Shown here: one piece after another, positions 15,114-27,729 of the stretch | How the letters are laid out: every line of letters begins with the position of its first letter | Numbering within the stretch: the first letter of the stretch is position 1 | Source: Eledone cirrhosa | Lineage: Eukaryota | Assembly: GCA_964016885.1 (NCBI GenBank) | Contig: OZ024742.1 | Span: forward strand, 176,700,001 to 176,764,000 | Direction: 5' to 3' | DNA: 64,000 nt | Notes under the pieces: model-generated | Told to the model about the DNA's origin: nothing | The model's database searches: none | Seen by the model: only the letters and a program-made list of their open reading frames with translations | Translations under genes and position numbers: made by a program

Positions 15114-18100
15114 TCAGATATTCAGGACGTATCGGAGGGTTCTTGCCGTTCCAAGCAAGCATGCCTTTTGAAGCGTTCCAAAAAGCGTGAAGGGGCCGAT
15201 TTTCTTTAACCATCCCTGGAAACCTTTGGAGATAGTCCCCAGTGCGCCTATGACAATCGGGATCACTTTGACTTCATGGCAGTTCCAAATCCTTTTCACC
15301 TCCCACTTTAGGTCCTGGTATCGGTTAATTTTCTCCCTCTCCTTCTCTTGCACTCTCGTGTCGAACGGGCAGGCCACATCCACAATCAGGCACGATCTTT
15401 TTTCTTTGTCCACAACCACCAGGTCAGGTCTATTGTGTTCCAGTTTTTTGTCCGTCTGTATCCTAAAATCCCACAGCACCTTCACCTGACTGTTCTCTAT
15501 CACCGCCTCTGGCCTATGCTCATACCATTTCTCAGAATGTGGTAGATTGTTTACTTTGCACAGGTGCCAGTGGATCACCCTGCCCATCACATCGTGTCTC
15601 CAGCCCTTATAGTGGGTCTGGGCTAGGTGTTTACACTCGGACACAATGTGAGCCACAATCTCCTCTCTCTCTCCACAGATCCTGCACAGTGGGCTAGCCT
15701 CCTCCTTGTAGATATGGTGCTTCAACCACTTCGTTTTGAGGGCCTGCTCCTGCGCAGCCATTAGCATTCCTTCTGTAGCCTTTTTGAGGTCTCCTCTTCT
15801 CAACCAGTTCCATGTCTGTGGATCTCTAAATTCAGTTTTCTCAAAGAAGGTACTATGAAGGGATTTTCCCTTAAGGCTGCTCTTCCTCCTTGATGTTATT
15901 TCCTCCTTGGGTATCCCCTGGCCTACTGTCCCTTCCTTCAGTACAGCTCTGAGCATTGGCTCCTTACTATAGGTCACGTATTTGTATAGGTTGTTTTTCT
16001 CCATCTGAACACAGTCCTCTATGCTGATAAGACCTCTTCCACCCTCAGATCTCCTTAGGTAGAGTCTATCGACATCACTCCTCTTGTGGAACATGTTGTA
16101 GATAGTCAATAGCTTCCTAGTCTTCCTATCCATTTCTTTTTGTTCAGCAACATTCCATCTCAGAATTCCCGCACTGTACCTAATAATAGACACAGCTCGG
16201 GAATTTGCTGTGCTTATGGCATTTCTGCTGTTCAGATATGACTTCAATACGCTCCTTACTCTCCGAATGTATTCAGTTCTTAATAATTCCTTCATTTTTT
16301 TGTTCTTTATGCCATCAGCCTCCAGAACGCCCAAATACTTGTATCCTTCCTCAGAGTCAATTTCCTTTATCATCTCACCTGTTGGTATCTGGATCCAGTT
16401 ACTTCTGCTCAACCTACCCCTCCTCATCACAATGACTCCACATTTACCAATACCAAACTGCATACACATATCACTGCTGAAAATACGGACAGTGTCAACA
16501 AGCACATCCAACTCCTTCTCACTTTTCCCGAAGAGCTTAAGATCGTCCATGAAGAGGAGGTGATTGATGGTAAGCTCTCCCCTTCCCAACTTGTATCCTG
16601 CTCTCACTTTTCGCAGCATAATGGTCAAGGGTATCAGGGCAAGGACAAACAACAGCGGGGACAGGCTATCTCCCTGGAAGATACCTCTCTTGATCTTCAC
16701 GCTTCCCAAGGATACTCCAGTTGATGTCAACTCTGTCTCCCAGGACCCCATACTCCTGCCCAGCAACTGTCTGATGTTATCTGCCACCCTGAAGATCTCC
16801 AGGCTTTTGGTGATCCAGGAATGAGGCACCATGTCAAATGCCTTTCTGTAGTCTATCCATCTCATGGCAAGATCAGTGTGTCTCCTCCTGCAATTCCCCA
16901 TTACCATCTTATCAATAAGCAACTGGTCCTTTGTACCACGTGACTTCTTTCGGCATCCTTTCTGTTCGTCCGGCAACAAGTTGTTTGTGTGGAGGTGATG
17001 GTAGATTTCCTCAGACACAATGCTCGTCAACAGTTTCCACATTACGGGCAGACATGTGATAGGTCTATAGTTGGTAACATCATTACCCTTGATTCGGTCT
17101 TTCATTATCAGAACTGTGGTACCTTTTGTCAACCACTCTGGCACCTCACCCGACACCAAGCAGTCATTGAACATGGCCGTCAGCTTCGGGTGGAGGGATG
17201 TTAAATGTTTAATCCAATACCCCTGCACACCATCTGGGCCTGGTGATTTCCAGTTGGTTAGTTTTTTGGCTTGCCCCTTAAGAGTTTCAACTGTGATACT
17301 CAAATCAGTCTGTTGCTGTGCCTGCTCACCGATCTCCCTCTGTACTGTCTCAATCCACCCTGCCTGGGCATTGTGTCTAACATCCTGCTCCCATATTCCT
17401 CTCCAGAATGTTTTAGCTTGTTCCGCCCCAGGGATCAAGTCGTTGCCTCTTTCTTTCCCCTCAAGCTGTCCAAACAGCATCTTCTGGTTGTTGTCGAACA
17501 TGCGGTTCTGTTTATACTGACTGACTCTGTTCTCGTATCGCCTGATTTTGGCACTCTTTGCTACAATGCGTTGCTTCAATTCCTCTATGATAATATTTAG
17601 CTTTTTACTCCTAGTTTTGTATTTTATTTCCAGTCTATTTTTAGTGCCTATGTTTTTTAGTGTCCCATTCAGTAGTGACTCAAGCTTTCCTATGTCATTT
17701 CTCATTTTCCCGATTTGCCCACTCAATCGCTTCTTCCACCACGGCTCTGCTCTTTCTTGTCTGTTGTTTCCTCTCGCTTTTATACCAAGTAGTTTCCTCA
17801 CCGTATTTGCTGTTGCTTTGAGGATATTGTTGCACTGGTGAAGACTCCTCGCCTCAAGGTATGGGATGACTTTGTTTACCTTAGCTGTTGTTTCTTTTAA
17901 CTTTTTCCTGTCTACAAATCTTAGGTTCATAGGTCTCCCACTATCATTGTTCAACTCTTCTACCACTAAATTTAGGATGTCAACCGAATCTTGTCCTAGC
18001 CCGTCAGCATTCATCTCCTCAGTGGCCGTATCTCTGTTCCAGGTATTATTTATCTCAGTATTCAGATCATTGTCTGCTTCGGGTGGTTCCTCCGTTCTCA

Positions 18101-18506
18101 GGACCTCCTCACCTTCATTTCCCGCCGGCTCGCTTGTCTGGCATACTACACCCGCCATCTCCAAGCCATTCTCTCTGCTCAGTTCCTCCAGTTCCAGCTC
18201 GCTTATCCACCCATTAGTTCTTATTACCCGAGCCTGCCCGGCCAATTTTTGTTCATCTAATTTAAATAAACCAATCTCGTTCCAGATGTTATGCATCCGT
18301 CTCCTGTAGCCCCTCTCCTTGGGGTCACTTTTCAGGTAGCATTGCATAACAGTTCTATTCAATTCTTTCGTCCAGTTGGTTCTGGCCCCTTTCCTTCTTC
18401 TTCTTCCTCCAACATCAGCAGTATTTGGTTGACAGTCAGGTTCCTGCTGCTGAGCCAGGGGGCACCTGTTGGGTGAGAGTCTGTCACATGACGTTCTAGT
18501 CTCCAT
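15114..18506 (-). CDS. R4/Dong polyprotein: reverse transcriptase + CCHC zinc knuckle + restriction-like endonuclease (1130 aa)
   Basis: KSPGPDG, NYRPITCL, DYRKAFD, GIFQGDSLSPLLF, FMDD, YKYLG; CRIC..HIVSEC; RHD; RPD..D..EK; uninterrupted. Confidence 0.96.
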   Translation of the reverse strand: METRTSCDRLSPNRCPLAQQQEPDCQPNTADVGGRRRRKGARTNWTKELNRTVMQCYLKSDPKERGYRRRMHNIWNEIGLFKLDEQKLAGQARVIRTNGWISELELEELSRENGLEMAGVVCQTSEPAGNEGEEVLRTEEPPEADNDLNTEINNTWNRDTATEEMNADGLGQDSVDILNLVVEELNNDSGRPMNLRFVDRKKLKETTAKVNKVIPYLEARSLHQCNNILKATANTVRKLLGIKARGNNRQERAEPWWKKRLSGQIGKMRNDIGKLESLLNGTLKNIGTKNRLEIKYKTRSKKLNIIIEELKQRIVAKSAKIRRYENRVSQYKQNRMFDNNQKMLFGQLEGKERGNDLIPGAEQAKTFWRGIWEQDVRHNAQAGWIETVQREIGEQAQQQTDLSITVETLKGQAKKLTNWKSPGPDGVQGYWIKHLTSLHPKLTAMFNDCLVSGEVPEWLTKGTTVLIMKDRIKGNDVTNYRPITCLPVMWKLLTSIVSEEIYHHLHTNNLLPDEQKGCRKKSRGTKDQLLIDKMVMGNCRRRHTDLAMRWIDYRKAFDMVPHSWITKSLEIFRVADNIRQLLGRSMGSWETELTSTGVSLGSVKIKRGIFQGDSLSPLLFVLALIPLTIMLRKVRAGYKLGRGELTINHLLFMDDLKLFGKSEKELDVLVDTVRIFSSDMCMQFGIGKCGVIVMRRGRLSRSNWIQIPTGEMIKEIDSEEGYKYLGVLEADGIKNKKMKELLRTEYIRRVRSVLKSYLNSRNAISTANSRAVSIIRYSAGILRWNVAEQKEMDRKTRKLLTIYNMFHKRSDVDRLYLRRSEGGRGLISIEDCVQMEKNNLYKYVTYSKEPMLRAVLKEGTVGQGIPKEEITSRRKSSLKGKSLHSTFFEKTEFRDPQTWNWLRRGDLKKATEGMLMAAQEQALKTKWLKHHIYKEEASPLCRICGEREEIVAHIVSECKHLAQTHYKGWRHDVMGRVIHWHLCKVNNLPHSEKWYEHRPEAVIENSQVKVLWDFRIQTDKKLEHNRPDLVVVDKEKRSCLIVDVACPFDTRVQEKEREKINRYQDLKWEVKRIWNCHEVKVIPIVIGALGTISKGFQGWLKKIGPFTLFGTLQKACLLGTARTLRYVLNI

Positions 18507-19078
18507 TTCACCGTTATTCGAACTGTTTATGTTCGATATTTAAACACTCTTATCGAGGATTGGCGAATGTATGTTTACATAGTCATCTGTGGATCCGCCA
18601 TCCCACTTGGCCCTTGTGTGGCATTATCACCACGCTGTATACGGACACACATAAACAAACAAACACACGGGCAGAAAGGGCCCCAAAAATGAATAAGCAT
18701 AAGTTTCATTGTAATGTAGTATTCGAATGTCTGACTTAGTTTTTGTTTTTTAAGTTTTACTTTTTCCCCCCTCTTCTCTGTCCGTCCGCCTGCTTCTCTC
18801 TTCATTCTTATTTTCTTTACGTTTTTGGGGTTTCTTTTTTTGTTTTTGTTTTTCTCTGTTTTTCTCGGTTTTTACTGTTGTTGCTGTGCTGCTTTTGTTG
18901 TTTGTTTTTTTCTTTTTTCTTTTGAGTCTATCTATATATTTTGATGCCTTCCTCTCTGTTAGTAGTAGGAATTCTATAATGTGGAAGTGGTAGCCAGCAG
19001 AGACTGGCGGCGTTGGCGATACTGAGACAGTGGTGGTGGTGATGTCGATACCGAGGCAGTGGTGGCGGTGATGCGACC

Positions 19079-19726
19079 GTATTACTGTAGTGATGGTGCT
19101 GTAGCGGTGGCAGCAGCAGTGAAGGAGTCAAGGGGTGGTGGCGGCGGTGATGGGATAGTGGTGGTAATGATGGCCGTAGTGAGCGGTGGCGGTGAAGGTG
19201 AAAATGCTGTTGTGTTTAGTGTACACAGATGATGGGGTGGGTGGGTGGTGTATCTAGTTTCTGGTGTTGGTGAGTTTCGCTGTCCTATATAGTGTAGCCA
19301 GAGGAGAGGAGGGGGGGGGTTCTTCTTCTTCCATTTATAGCCATTTTATTTTTTTTTTTTGGATATACAGTGTACAATACAAAGTTGAATATTTGAATAT
19401 TTGAGCCGTATTACTGTAGTGATGGTGCTGTAGCGGTGGCAGCAGCAGTGAAGGAGTCAAGGGGTGGTGGCGGCGGTGATGGGATAGTGGTGGTAATGAT
19501 GGCCGTAGTGAGCGGTGGCGGTGAAGGTGAAAATGCTGTTGTGTTTAGTGTACACAGATGATGGGGTGGGTGGTGTATCTAGTTTCTGGTGTTGGTGAGT
19601 TTAGCTGTCCTATATAGTGTAGCCAGAGGAGAGGAGGGGGGGGGGGTTCTTCTTCTTCCATTTATAGCCATTTTTTTTTGGATACACAGTGTACAATACA
19701 AAGTTGAATATTTGAATATTTGAGCC
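19079..19726 (-). repeat. Tandem duplication of about 320 bp at the Dong 5' terminus
   Basis: gtattactgtagtgatgg...gaatatttgagcc occurs at 19079-19407 and again at 19408-19726. Confidence 0.92.
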
Positions 19727-19738
19727 TTATAACAATTA

Positions 19739-19804
<66 letters not shown>

Positions 19805-19805
<1 letters not shown>

Positions 19806-20559
19806 AGTATGTATACGTACATACTATATGTATTCAGACGTACAATAGTATGTATATATATATATATATACATACATACATGCACACATATATATATATA
19901 TATGTACGTATGGATTCACCGAACATTTATTATAATGCTCGTTGTGTTTGTAAACAAACCTCCCGAATTAAGCCATACAGTGTCTAGCAACCATCGTTGC
20001 TCATTTGTTCAACAATGACAAAGGAACGCTGTACTAGTTTCAAGCTTAATAGCTATCGTCAGCAACGTATACCTTCCTGCCAGATCGTTGAACGTCTGAA
20101 AGTATTTACTTTCCTTATGCATATTAACGGCTGAGCAGCCTAATTTGCATATCGAGTGAGTTAATCGGTCGGGATACCGAATACGATCAACGGAAAACAT
20201 GGAACGACATTTCATTTCTCACTCTTAGTACGGGTGTTACTTAAATATAAGTATGTATACGTACATATGTATATGTATTACCGATTAACTCTCTCGATAT
20301 GCAAATTAGGCTGCTCAGCCGTTAATGTGCATAAGGAAAGTAAATATTTCAGACGTTCAACCATCTGAAAGGAAGGTATACGTTGCTGACGATAGCTAAT
20401 ATGTTTGAAACTAGTACAGCGTTCCTTTGTTGAACAAATGAGCAACGATGGTTGGTAGACACTGTACGGCTTAATTCGTGATGTTTATTTACAAACACAC
20501 CGAGCATTATAATAAATGTTCGGTGAATCCATACGTACATATATATATGTCTATGCATG

Positions 20560-20595
<36 letters not shown>

Positions 20596-20697
20596 CTACT
20601 GTACGTATGTATACATATATGTATGTACGTATATATACTTATATTTAAGTAACAGTCGTACTAAGAGTGAGAAATGAAATATGATTTCATTTTTTCC

Positions 20698-20700
<3 letters not shown>
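19805..20700. mobile_element. Hammerhead-bearing non-coding element (unit about 445 bp) as a divergent inverted insertion; other copies near 3580-3910, 10630-10960, 13195-13365, 28787-29150, 30860-30950
   Basis: Unit start taagtatgtatacgtac recurs at about 20249; hammerheads at 20026-20068 (-) and 20380-20422 (+); no ORF. Confidence 0.8.
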
Positions 20701-20738
<38 letters not shown>

Positions 20739-22928
20739 TATATACAGAGAGAGAGGGAGAGAGAATGAAAGAGGGTGATACACTAACTAGAATGTCACAG
20801 CTCAATCACATTTGATCTCGGGATGTAGATTCAAGTTGACCTCTGGGCTATATAACAAAAGTAACAAGAACATTAACATCTTCGTTCTTGCCTTCTTCAA
20901 ATTTTCGACGTAATGCCTCCGAATGAAATCATTATAATTAGTGCTCTTAACCCGTAACAAGGCAAGTAATTTGACATTTAACATCCTGTCCCATGCGTTA
21001 CTCTATATTTAAGAAAAGAAAAAAATCCCTTCGTGAAGAGGTGCATTTTCTCGCTATGGAAATCGCTATTAATAAATACAACCATAAACCTTTACATTTC
21101 ACTACAGTATACTTGATTGGAAATTTCATTTATACCAAGAATAGCTGACGCCACAATTTTAAAGCCTGTAAATTGTCGGTTTGGTATGATTCCAGCTTTC
21201 TATCAGCGTTTACATTTACGACAACATTTGGCATTCTTAACTATATTGTGGAAATCCGGACTCAAAATTAAGATGTGCTATGCTTAACTTGTACGAAATA
21301 ATGTATGGCACCTTTTTCAAACGTGTGAATGTAATGTTGTTAATGCATCTTCAGAGTAAGTATGAATGGTCTGATTTTCATTTACTTCTTACATTAAAAA
21401 TCGTTTGTCTGTTTCGATCACTGACTCGTACTAATTCAGGTTTTGTTAATCAGATTTTCGCCTGCTTTCTGTGGGCGTAATGATGTAAATCCGAATCTAT
21501 ACTGAAAATCAATTGTTTGCCTTTTATGTTTGTTTTAATACCAGTGATTTTCAAATATAAAACTTACATCAAATTTAATTACTGACCATTATTTGCTGAA
21601 ATATCCCTGAGTCGAATACCAGGCTTATAGGTTATAGGTGGTTATAGATTTTAAGCTTGTCACTAAACAAGATACTAGTTTATATCGGTACCAATAGTCG
21701 ATGAGATCATGCAACGATTCAGTGTAAGTCTGTATGCCTAAAGATTTCACTTCATCAATGCGTCGCTTTGCCTTATAAATGATAGTTTTAAAAGTCGTGT
21801 TTCGTATCCCTTGAGATTGAAAAAAATGGACAGAGGTGTCTGCGAGGAATCGAGCTCTGCAACTCTCGACTAATATCACAGTGATTTATGTTTGGACGCA
21901 CATATTTAAAATGTCATGTATTATTAAAGGGGGTTATGTACAAAGATTTTGACTCCACACTAAATAAAACGAAATCTAAATATCCTCATTTTTTTTAGTT
22001 CTGCCCTATATTTCCTTGACAATCACAATCACTTTATTCAAATAAGAAACCTGAACCATATGTAAAGTTCGAAATTTCGAAATTTCGAAATCTCTAAGCG
22101 CTGAGGGATTACACAATTCATAAAAATTGTAGGAAACTCAGACATAGAAAATTAATGTAAATACAGTTATTTGTTATATATATAGTGTAGAGAATCAGGT
22201 CAAGAACCCTTGTAGACAGAAAGGATCTTCTCCCGATTTTCTTAGTTATCTATAACATCCAACAGTATTTATAATTATTTTTTTGCATGAGTTTCCTACA
22301 TTTTTGCATGAACACCATAGACTGGCTGTTTTAAAATAGAACTACTCCTAGGGATTATAGAATTATTTGTTTATTCCGGTCTCAGAAAGAAGAGCTCAAC
22401 AATGGTTCGCAAACAACAGTGGAAAACAGAAAATGCTTCATAGTACATGTAGTACATATTCGCACATCAATGCTGCTCCAGTCCTTTCTATTTCGTGAAC
22501 GCGTACATTTTTTATTGGTCATTGATTACAGCTGATCTCATATGCGTTCTTTACCGTGGCATTGCTTTCTCTGAGGTCTTAGGCAATAAAATGTTTGCAA
22601 TAAATCTTTGTTTGAAATTGCATATATTTATTCTCTGTCGATGTCTCATGTTTTCGACTGGATATTATATATCTGCAAATCTTTCCTTGAAAAAAGCTAT
22701 AGCATTATCTAGCTCTAATTCTCTTTCCCTCTCATTATATTCACTCATACACACATACCTATATATACGTATGTATATATATATGTATGTATTTCTCTAA
22801 GCATGCCCTAAAAGGATTATATTGAAGTAACAACATGCTAAGCTGAACTATAACCAACCTATTACATGTTCCATCTACTCAGGAGGTATCTAATACTATA
22901 TTACGTTGTGAGTGGTTTCATCGTATAG

Positions 22929-22995
<67 letters not shown>

Positions 22996-22999
<4 letters not shown>

Positions 23000-23600
23000 A
23001 AGATGGAACGGGAACAAAACAGAGAGGCAGTACGAACAAATGTTTATTAGTTTTACGCTCTTGAGAGTGGGGGATGTGTGGGGAACGACGTTTCGGACAT
23101 AAGCCCTTCTTCAGGCGAAATGTGGGTGGAAAGAGAGTTCCGAGGGTGTGTAGGGGAGTGGAGGAGAGATATTTAGAAAAAAAGGGGGGGGGAGAAAAGG
23201 CAGGAAAACGGTGGAAGGGGTACAAATAAAATAAAAAAAAATAAATTAACATTAAGATAAACAAGTGGCGGAAGGGTGTGGGGCGTGTAGCGGTGGTGGC
23301 GGGTGGAGTGGGGAGAGGGAGGCGGGTTGTCCGAGCGTGGAGGGCTGAAGGAGGTGTATGTGTGTAGGTGTACGTGCGTGTGTGTGTGTGTGAATGTGAA
23401 AGTTGGGGGAAGAAAGAGGTTCCATGTTCAGGAAAAGGTGTGGTGTGGGGGTGGGGTGTAGGTCGGTGTGTGTGTGCGCATGCGGATGGGGAGAGGCAAG
23501 AGTGGTGGGGGAAGGGGGAGAGCATTCCGGAGACTGAGTGTGTATATATGTGGGAGTAAGCACGTGTGTGTGGTGTTTATACGTTTTGTGGATGTAGGTG
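22996..23600 (-). mobile_element. PLE-type pLTR/3' end with minimal hammerhead motif at 23086-23114
   Basis: Reverse strand cCTGAAGAagggcttatgtccGAAACGTCg, followed by aataaa and a terminus in (TA)n; stem I is weak. Confidence 0.6.
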
Positions 23601-24600
23601 GAGTGGTTCGAAAAAAATGTTTTGAGTGTATGTCCGTGGGTAAGTATATATATATGAATACTCACTCATATACACATCCACTCACATCCACATGCGCACC
23701 CACGCATATGTATGTATGTGTGTACAGGAAGCAATACTGGTTTCATCTCAAATTTATGTATTCCAAACCCTTTTTATTCGGAGATATGGTTTAACAGAAA
23801 CCTTACTGAATAAGTTGAATTTGGTTAAAGTCCTTAACGCTTCAAGAAAAATGTATATATTTGACGTTTATACATTCACTGGAATGGATTTCTGTCGGTT
23901 TTAACGATGAGTGTTTCACTTGTTCGATCAACGAAACAGCCTGCTCATGAAATGCAAGTGTACGTAGTTGAGACTTCCACTGACGCCTGTAGCTTAATGT
24001 ATATCTTAAGGTCCTTAAGATTTGGCCCACAATAATCAATATTACATACTAATAAAAATAAGTGTGATGTAATATGTATAATGATGTTTGTGTGTTGAAT
24101 GTAAGAGTATGTTGGACTGGGGGTAGTAGAAAGTGTTTGTTCTCGTGGGGGGGGGGCATGGTTGCTGTGGAGCCTTCTTAGCTCGTGGGCCTCGGATCAG
24201 AGTACTGGCTGGGACCCCACCCCTCTCATAGGCCTTGTTTAAGGAGATTCATCGTGACACAGTGTGTGACAAGGCTGGGCCTTCGAATCATAGAAACACT
24301 CAGCCCGTTTAGGGGATTACACACAGTTGTCTTCTACTCATTTCCATTCACAGAATGAGATCGAAACCGATTTCTGATGATTGGGAATCTAAATTCCTAA
24401 ATATTCGGTCATGATGCATCTACAGCTTTTCACAATGCCGACATCTGATCTGTTGCTTCATACGTACGTAGAAGTCCGGGTAAAGAGTATTTTGGAAGAA
24501 CAACACTCAACCATGCCGATGATGCCCAAGGCAACGACAAAAGCCGCCACAGTGTAGCTCCAATGATTAAATAACTCATATACACAATATGCATGTGTGC

Positions 24601-24650
<50 letters not shown>

Positions 24651-24654
<4 letters not shown>

Positions 24655-25250
24655 CGTTTCTGAATTTGTTTAGCAAAATTGTTTATCTGAAATCGTGTGT
24701 TGAAACCGATATTGTTATACTTTGGGAGGGTCATGTTGCCAAGACAAATTACAGAGGCAATAAACATAAAATAATTACAACCAAAATTAAATAGAAAATA
24801 TGAGTGGAACAGCAACATCACAACTTACAAGTAAGGACAAAATGAAAACACACACACACATAGAACAAACAACCAACCAATAACATGTAAATAAATAAAT
24901 AAATAAATAAACAAATAGATAAATGAACATAAACACACACAGACACCCGGATGTGGCGCATGCGCAAACTGAGCACACAACACACACACAGAAACAAAAT
25001 GGCGTAGGACAGAAGAAAGGAAAGGCACAGAAACAAAGAAAGGAATCCCCAGTCACTGAAGAGGTCACAGAGTGTGTGACGAAAGGACTATGACTATATA
25101 TAAACAACTATCTGGTTGTGGAGCCAACCAACCAACCAGAAATTTATAGATTTGTAAATTTGTAAATTTATAAATATATAATAACTTGAAGTGAAAGCAA
25201 CTGGTGCGTGTGTTTCTTATTGGCAACATGACCCTCACAAAGTATAACAA
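24651..25250. mobile_element. Copy of the 4.2-6.1 kb PLE terminus: short inverted arm (24651-24741) + pLTR with hammerhead at 25051-25095 (+)
   Basis: Sequence matches 4238-4330 and 5607-6155; agtcaCTGAAGAggtcaca..tgtgacGAAAggacTAtgact. Confidence 0.88.
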
Positions 25251-25444
25251 TATATATATATATACAATAGACAAACAGAGAAAGCCTTAAGCGGTACTCT
25301 GACCAACTCCATCTCACTCAACAAACTTAGGATATACTTAAGTATTATCCCAATTTAGTGTTAGGGTGCTAACTAATCAGTATTTTGTGGATAGCTGGTT
25401 GTATTATTATATAAGAGACATTATTAAATAAATATCTCTTTCCT

Positions 25445-25568
25445 TCCAGACGGCCGTTTTGTTATAAATTTTCTACAATTTGGGATAAATAATTTCCAGG
25501 TTATGTAGAAAGTTGTATATAATCCATAGTTTTATACACAAGCGGGCTCTTATAAACTCATCAGTGGA
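25445..25568 (-). ncRNA. Hammerhead-like motif with enlarged branched stem II (host element about 25275-25640)
   Basis: tcca-CTGATGA-gtttataa..(about 85 nt, two hairpins)..ttataac-aAAAC-ggcc-GTC-tgga. Confidence 0.65.
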
Positions 25569-26192
25569 TGCCCAAATAATATCGATATAAGAATTATATC
25601 GACATTAATAGAATGGTGATAGTCTCCCTCAGATTATGTTTTCCAAAGAAAAACAAAAGTCTGATATAGATTATCACAAGGGAATTTGACACACTTTTCC
25701 AGCTGTGTGGAGTAATGGGAAAAAAAAGCGACTTGCTAAAGGACACAACGGACCACCCATCCCGGAATCGAACCCACAAACTCATGATTGTAAACCGATC
25801 CCTCTACTCACTAAGCCATATATTTTGTATTTGCTTTGTTTAATTACTGATATCACAAGAGAGCATGAGGAAATGCTCAAAGACGGTTAAGTGTGATATT
25901 AAAGATATTTCAGTTCCTTGACGTCAGTTTTGCCATCAGGGAAAAAAGTATTCAACGGCATGTAATGTTTACACTACGGTTGGTAACACGTTTTGTATTG
26001 CTTCTATTAGAAGTATCTTTGTGGTTAGCGTATCATACGTTACTTATACAGCAGGCTCATATAAACATACAAACTTGCTTATATATATGTATGTATGTAT
26101 GTATGCATGTCTGTCTGTATGTATGTGTGCATGTAGTATGTATGCCTGTATGTAAGTGTGTGTGTATATATGTATTTATGTATGTGCGCATC

Positions 26193-26247
<55 letters not shown>

Positions 26248-26273
26248 GTTATTCCGGGTTGAATCGGAGGTAA

Positions 26274-26337
<64 letters not shown>

Positions 26338-26341
<4 letters not shown>

Positions 26342-27729
26342 ATAAATGCTCTGAAATAGCGATATATATGTGAATATAGACATAGAATATTCGAAAATAT
26401 TCTGTATGTTTATAATAAACATTTTGAAGACCTCATCGCTATAGAATAGAATACGTCACGTATTACAATTAGATTCTCGATAAAAGCAAGGGAAGTAATC
26501 TACGCGTTTCATTCTCGTTAGAAATCATCAGGACTACATATCCAGTGCTTTTATCGAGAATGACACAGCTAGAGACTTATAGAATACTTAGCTGTGTACA
26601 GGAACTGGTTTGAAAGAGCGGTTGCCGGTCCGGCAGAAATTAGAAATTGGAATAAATGCTCTGAAATAGCGATATATATGTGAATATAGACATAGAATAT
26701 TCGAAAATATTCTGTGTGTTTATAATAAACATTTTGAAGACCTAATCGCTATAGAATACGTCACGTATTACAATTAGATTCTCGATAAAAGCAAGGGAAG
26801 TAATCTACGCGTTTCATTCTCGTTAGAAATCATCAGGACTACATATCCAGTGCTTTTATCGAGAATGACACAGCTAGAGACTTATAGAATAGTATTCTAT
26901 AAGTCTCTAGCTGTGTCATTCTCGATAAAAGCAGTGGATATGTAGTCCTGATGATTTCTAACGAGAATGAAACGCGTAGATTACTTCCCTTGCTTTTATC
27001 GAGAATCTAATTGTAATACGTGACGTATTCTATTCTATAGCGATTAGGTCTTCAAAATGTTTATTATAAACATACAGAATATTTTCGAATATTCTATGTC
27101 TATATTCACATATATATCGCTATTTCAGAGCATTTATTCCAATTTCTAATTTCTGCCGGACCGGCAACCGCTCTTTCAAACCAGTTCCTGTACACAGCTA
27201 AGTATTCTATAAGTCTCTAGCTGTGTCATTCTCGATAAAAGCACTGGATATGTAGTCCTGATGATTTCTAACGAGAATGAAACGCGTAGATTACTTCCCT
27301 TGCTTTTATCGAGAATCTAATTGTAATACGTGACGTATTCTATTCTATAGCGATTAGGTCTTCAAAATGTTTATTATAAACATACAGAATATTTTCGAAT
27401 ATTCTATGTCTATATTCACATATATATCGCTATTTCAGAGCATTTATTCCAATTTCTAATTTCTGCCGGACCGGCAACCGCTCTTTCAAACCAGTTCCTG
27501 TACACAGCTAAGTATTCTATAAGTCTCTAGCTGTGTCATTCTCGATAAAAGCACTGGATATGTAGTCCTGATGATTTCTAACGAGAATGAAACGCGTAGA
27601 TTACTTCCCTTGCTTTTATCGAGAATCTAATTGTAATACGTGACGTATTCTATTCTATAGCGATTAGGTCTTCAAAATGTTTATTATAAACATACAGAAT
27701 ATTTTCGAATATTCTATGTCTATATTCAT
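26338..27729. mobile_element. Retrozyme-like tandem array of 310-bp hammerhead-containing units, inverted at 26892
   Basis: About 1.8 units in one orientation and about 2.7 in the other; gtagtc-CTGATGA-tttct-aacg-agaat-GAAAC-gc-GTA-gattac at 26495-26537(-), 26800-26842(-), 26942-26984(+), 27252-27294(+), 27562-27604(+). Confidence 0.9.

Larger units (their letters stand above)
15012..19789 (-). mobile_element. Full-length R4/Dong non-LTR retrotransposon in an (AAT)n microsatellite
   Basis: Single long ORF, short 3' UTR (15040-15113), about 1.2-kb 5' region, (TTA)n tracts at 15012-15039 and 19735-19789. Confidence 0.92.

Noticed and set aside
15187-18476. Plus-strand ORFs within the Dong element, and minus-strand ORFs within the RTE
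   Set aside because: Antisense shadows of the retrotransposon ORFs
26338-27729. CRISPR-like array
   Set aside because: Whole 310-bp units repeat with no unique spacers; eukaryotic context; no cas genes
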